A stretch of 33,395 nt of DNA from Frankiaceae bacterium (GTDB lineage Bacteria > Actinomycetota > Actinomycetes > JADGOU01): contig JADGOU010000002.1 of assembly GCA_017882835.1 (NCBI GenBank), forward strand, positions 1-33,395. Direction: 5' to 3'. The notes under the pieces are model-generated. The model was not told the DNA's origin. It saw only the letters and a program-made list of their open reading frames with translations, and ran no database searches. Shown piece after piece: positions 32,606 through 33,395 of the stretch (positions are counted from its first letter, which is position 1; each line of letters opens with the position of its first letter). The translations under genes were made by a program, and so were the position numbers.

Positions 32606-33395
32606 GAGGCCACCCCGATGGCGAGGCCTACCGGCACGCTGAGCAACGGGTCGACGGCGGCGAGCTGCTCGGCCGACAAACCGATGTTGCCGACCGTGAG
32701 GCGGGCGGTCACCGAGCCGTACTCCACCGGCAGCCGCGTCGCCGAGGACAGTCGCTCCACGAACCCGGGAATCAAGCCGCCGCCGCCGGAGAGCACCACC
32801 CGGGCGATCCGCGCGGCGGTCGGTTGGGCGAGGTAGTAGTCCAGCGATCCGCGAACTTCTTCGACGAAGCTGGCGACTGTCGACTCCAGCGCCCGGTTGG
32901 CGGGATGGTCTTCGACGTCGGGGCGTTGCGCCGGGACGAAGGCCGTCTGCTTGAACTCCTCGGCCTGCTCCAGCGGGACGCCCATCCGGTCGGCGACCGC
33001 CTGGGTGAACTGCTCCCCGCCCATCACCAAGATGCGGACAAAGCGGGGCACGCCGCCCTGGTGGACCACGATGTTCGTGACGTTTGCGCCGACCTGGACG
33101 ATGGCCTCGGCCTCGGGCGCGTTGACGCCCAACTCCTCGACGCTGGCCAACGACCGCAGCACGGCAAAGGGGGTCAAGTCGACCGAAACCACGTCGAGAC
33201 CCGCTTTGCGAGCGGCCGTGATGGCGGCCATCACCATGTCGCGGGCGGCCGCGACGAGCAGCACCCGCAGCATCCGGCCACCGTCGGGCGCGACGTGCTC
33301 TTCGAGCGGGTGGAAGTCCAAGACGGTGTCCTCGATCGGCATCGGGATGTAGTCCTGCACCTGGTAAGGCAGCGACTTGCGCATCTCGGCCGCCG
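32602..33395 (-). CDS. pilM: type IV pilus assembly ATPase-fold protein PilM (5' end outside the window)
   Basis: The frame stays open to the window edge, so the Met at 33384 is internal. YQVQDYIPMPIEDTVLDFHPL and GGGGLIPGFVERL are typical of the actin-like PilM. Confidence 0.85.
   Translation of the reverse strand, partial: AAEMRKSLPYQVQDYIPMPIEDTVLDFHPLEEHVAPDGGRMLRVLLVAAARDMVMAAITAARKAGLDVVSVDLTPFAVLRSLASVEELGVNAPEAEAIVQVGANVTNIVVHQGGVPRFVRILVMGGEQFTQAVADRMGVPLEQAEEFKQTAFVPAQRPDVEDHPANRALESTVASFVEEVRGSLDYYLAQPTAARIARVVLSGGGGLIPGFVERLSSATRLPVEYGSVTARLTVGNIGLSAEQLAAVDPLLSVPVGLAIGVAS

Overview
This is a high-GC actinobacterial chromosome segment (gene order as in Streptomyces/Micromonosporales) that is almost entirely core housekeeping genes on the minus strand. 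In order it holds metK-coaBC-rpoZ-gmk-mihF, a nine-gene translationally coupled pyrimidine operon (pyrR-pyrB-pyrC-unknown-carA-carB-pyrK-pyrD-pyrF), divergent bldD, then nusB-efp-pepQ-aroQ-aroB-aroK-aroC, and at the right edge a type IV pilus assembly block (pilM-pilN-pilO plus a PilP-like gene). Three places break the housekeeping pattern. (1) A plus-strand, translationally coupled pair at 25.7-29.5 kb encodes a compact SNF2-family ATPase and a 660-aa protein with a Cys cluster and a Pro-rich linker that I cannot assign to any characterised family; this is the best candidate for an undescribed system. (2) A 7TM-PAS-PAS-GGDEF-EAL c-di-GMP enzyme and a decayed MarR-like gene sit between bldD (a c-di-GMP effector) and nusB. 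(3) The pyrR-bldD intergenic region holds a PyrR-type RNA hairpin over the pyrR ribosome-binding site, a five-copy degenerate repeat array and a BldD-box-like palindrome. Short in-frame tandem repeats extend the 3' ends of pyrR, aroK and the unknown pyr-operon gene. I found no rRNA, tRNA, CRISPR array, transposase or integrase. All calls come from reading motifs in the supplied ORF translations and the DNA; no database search was possible.
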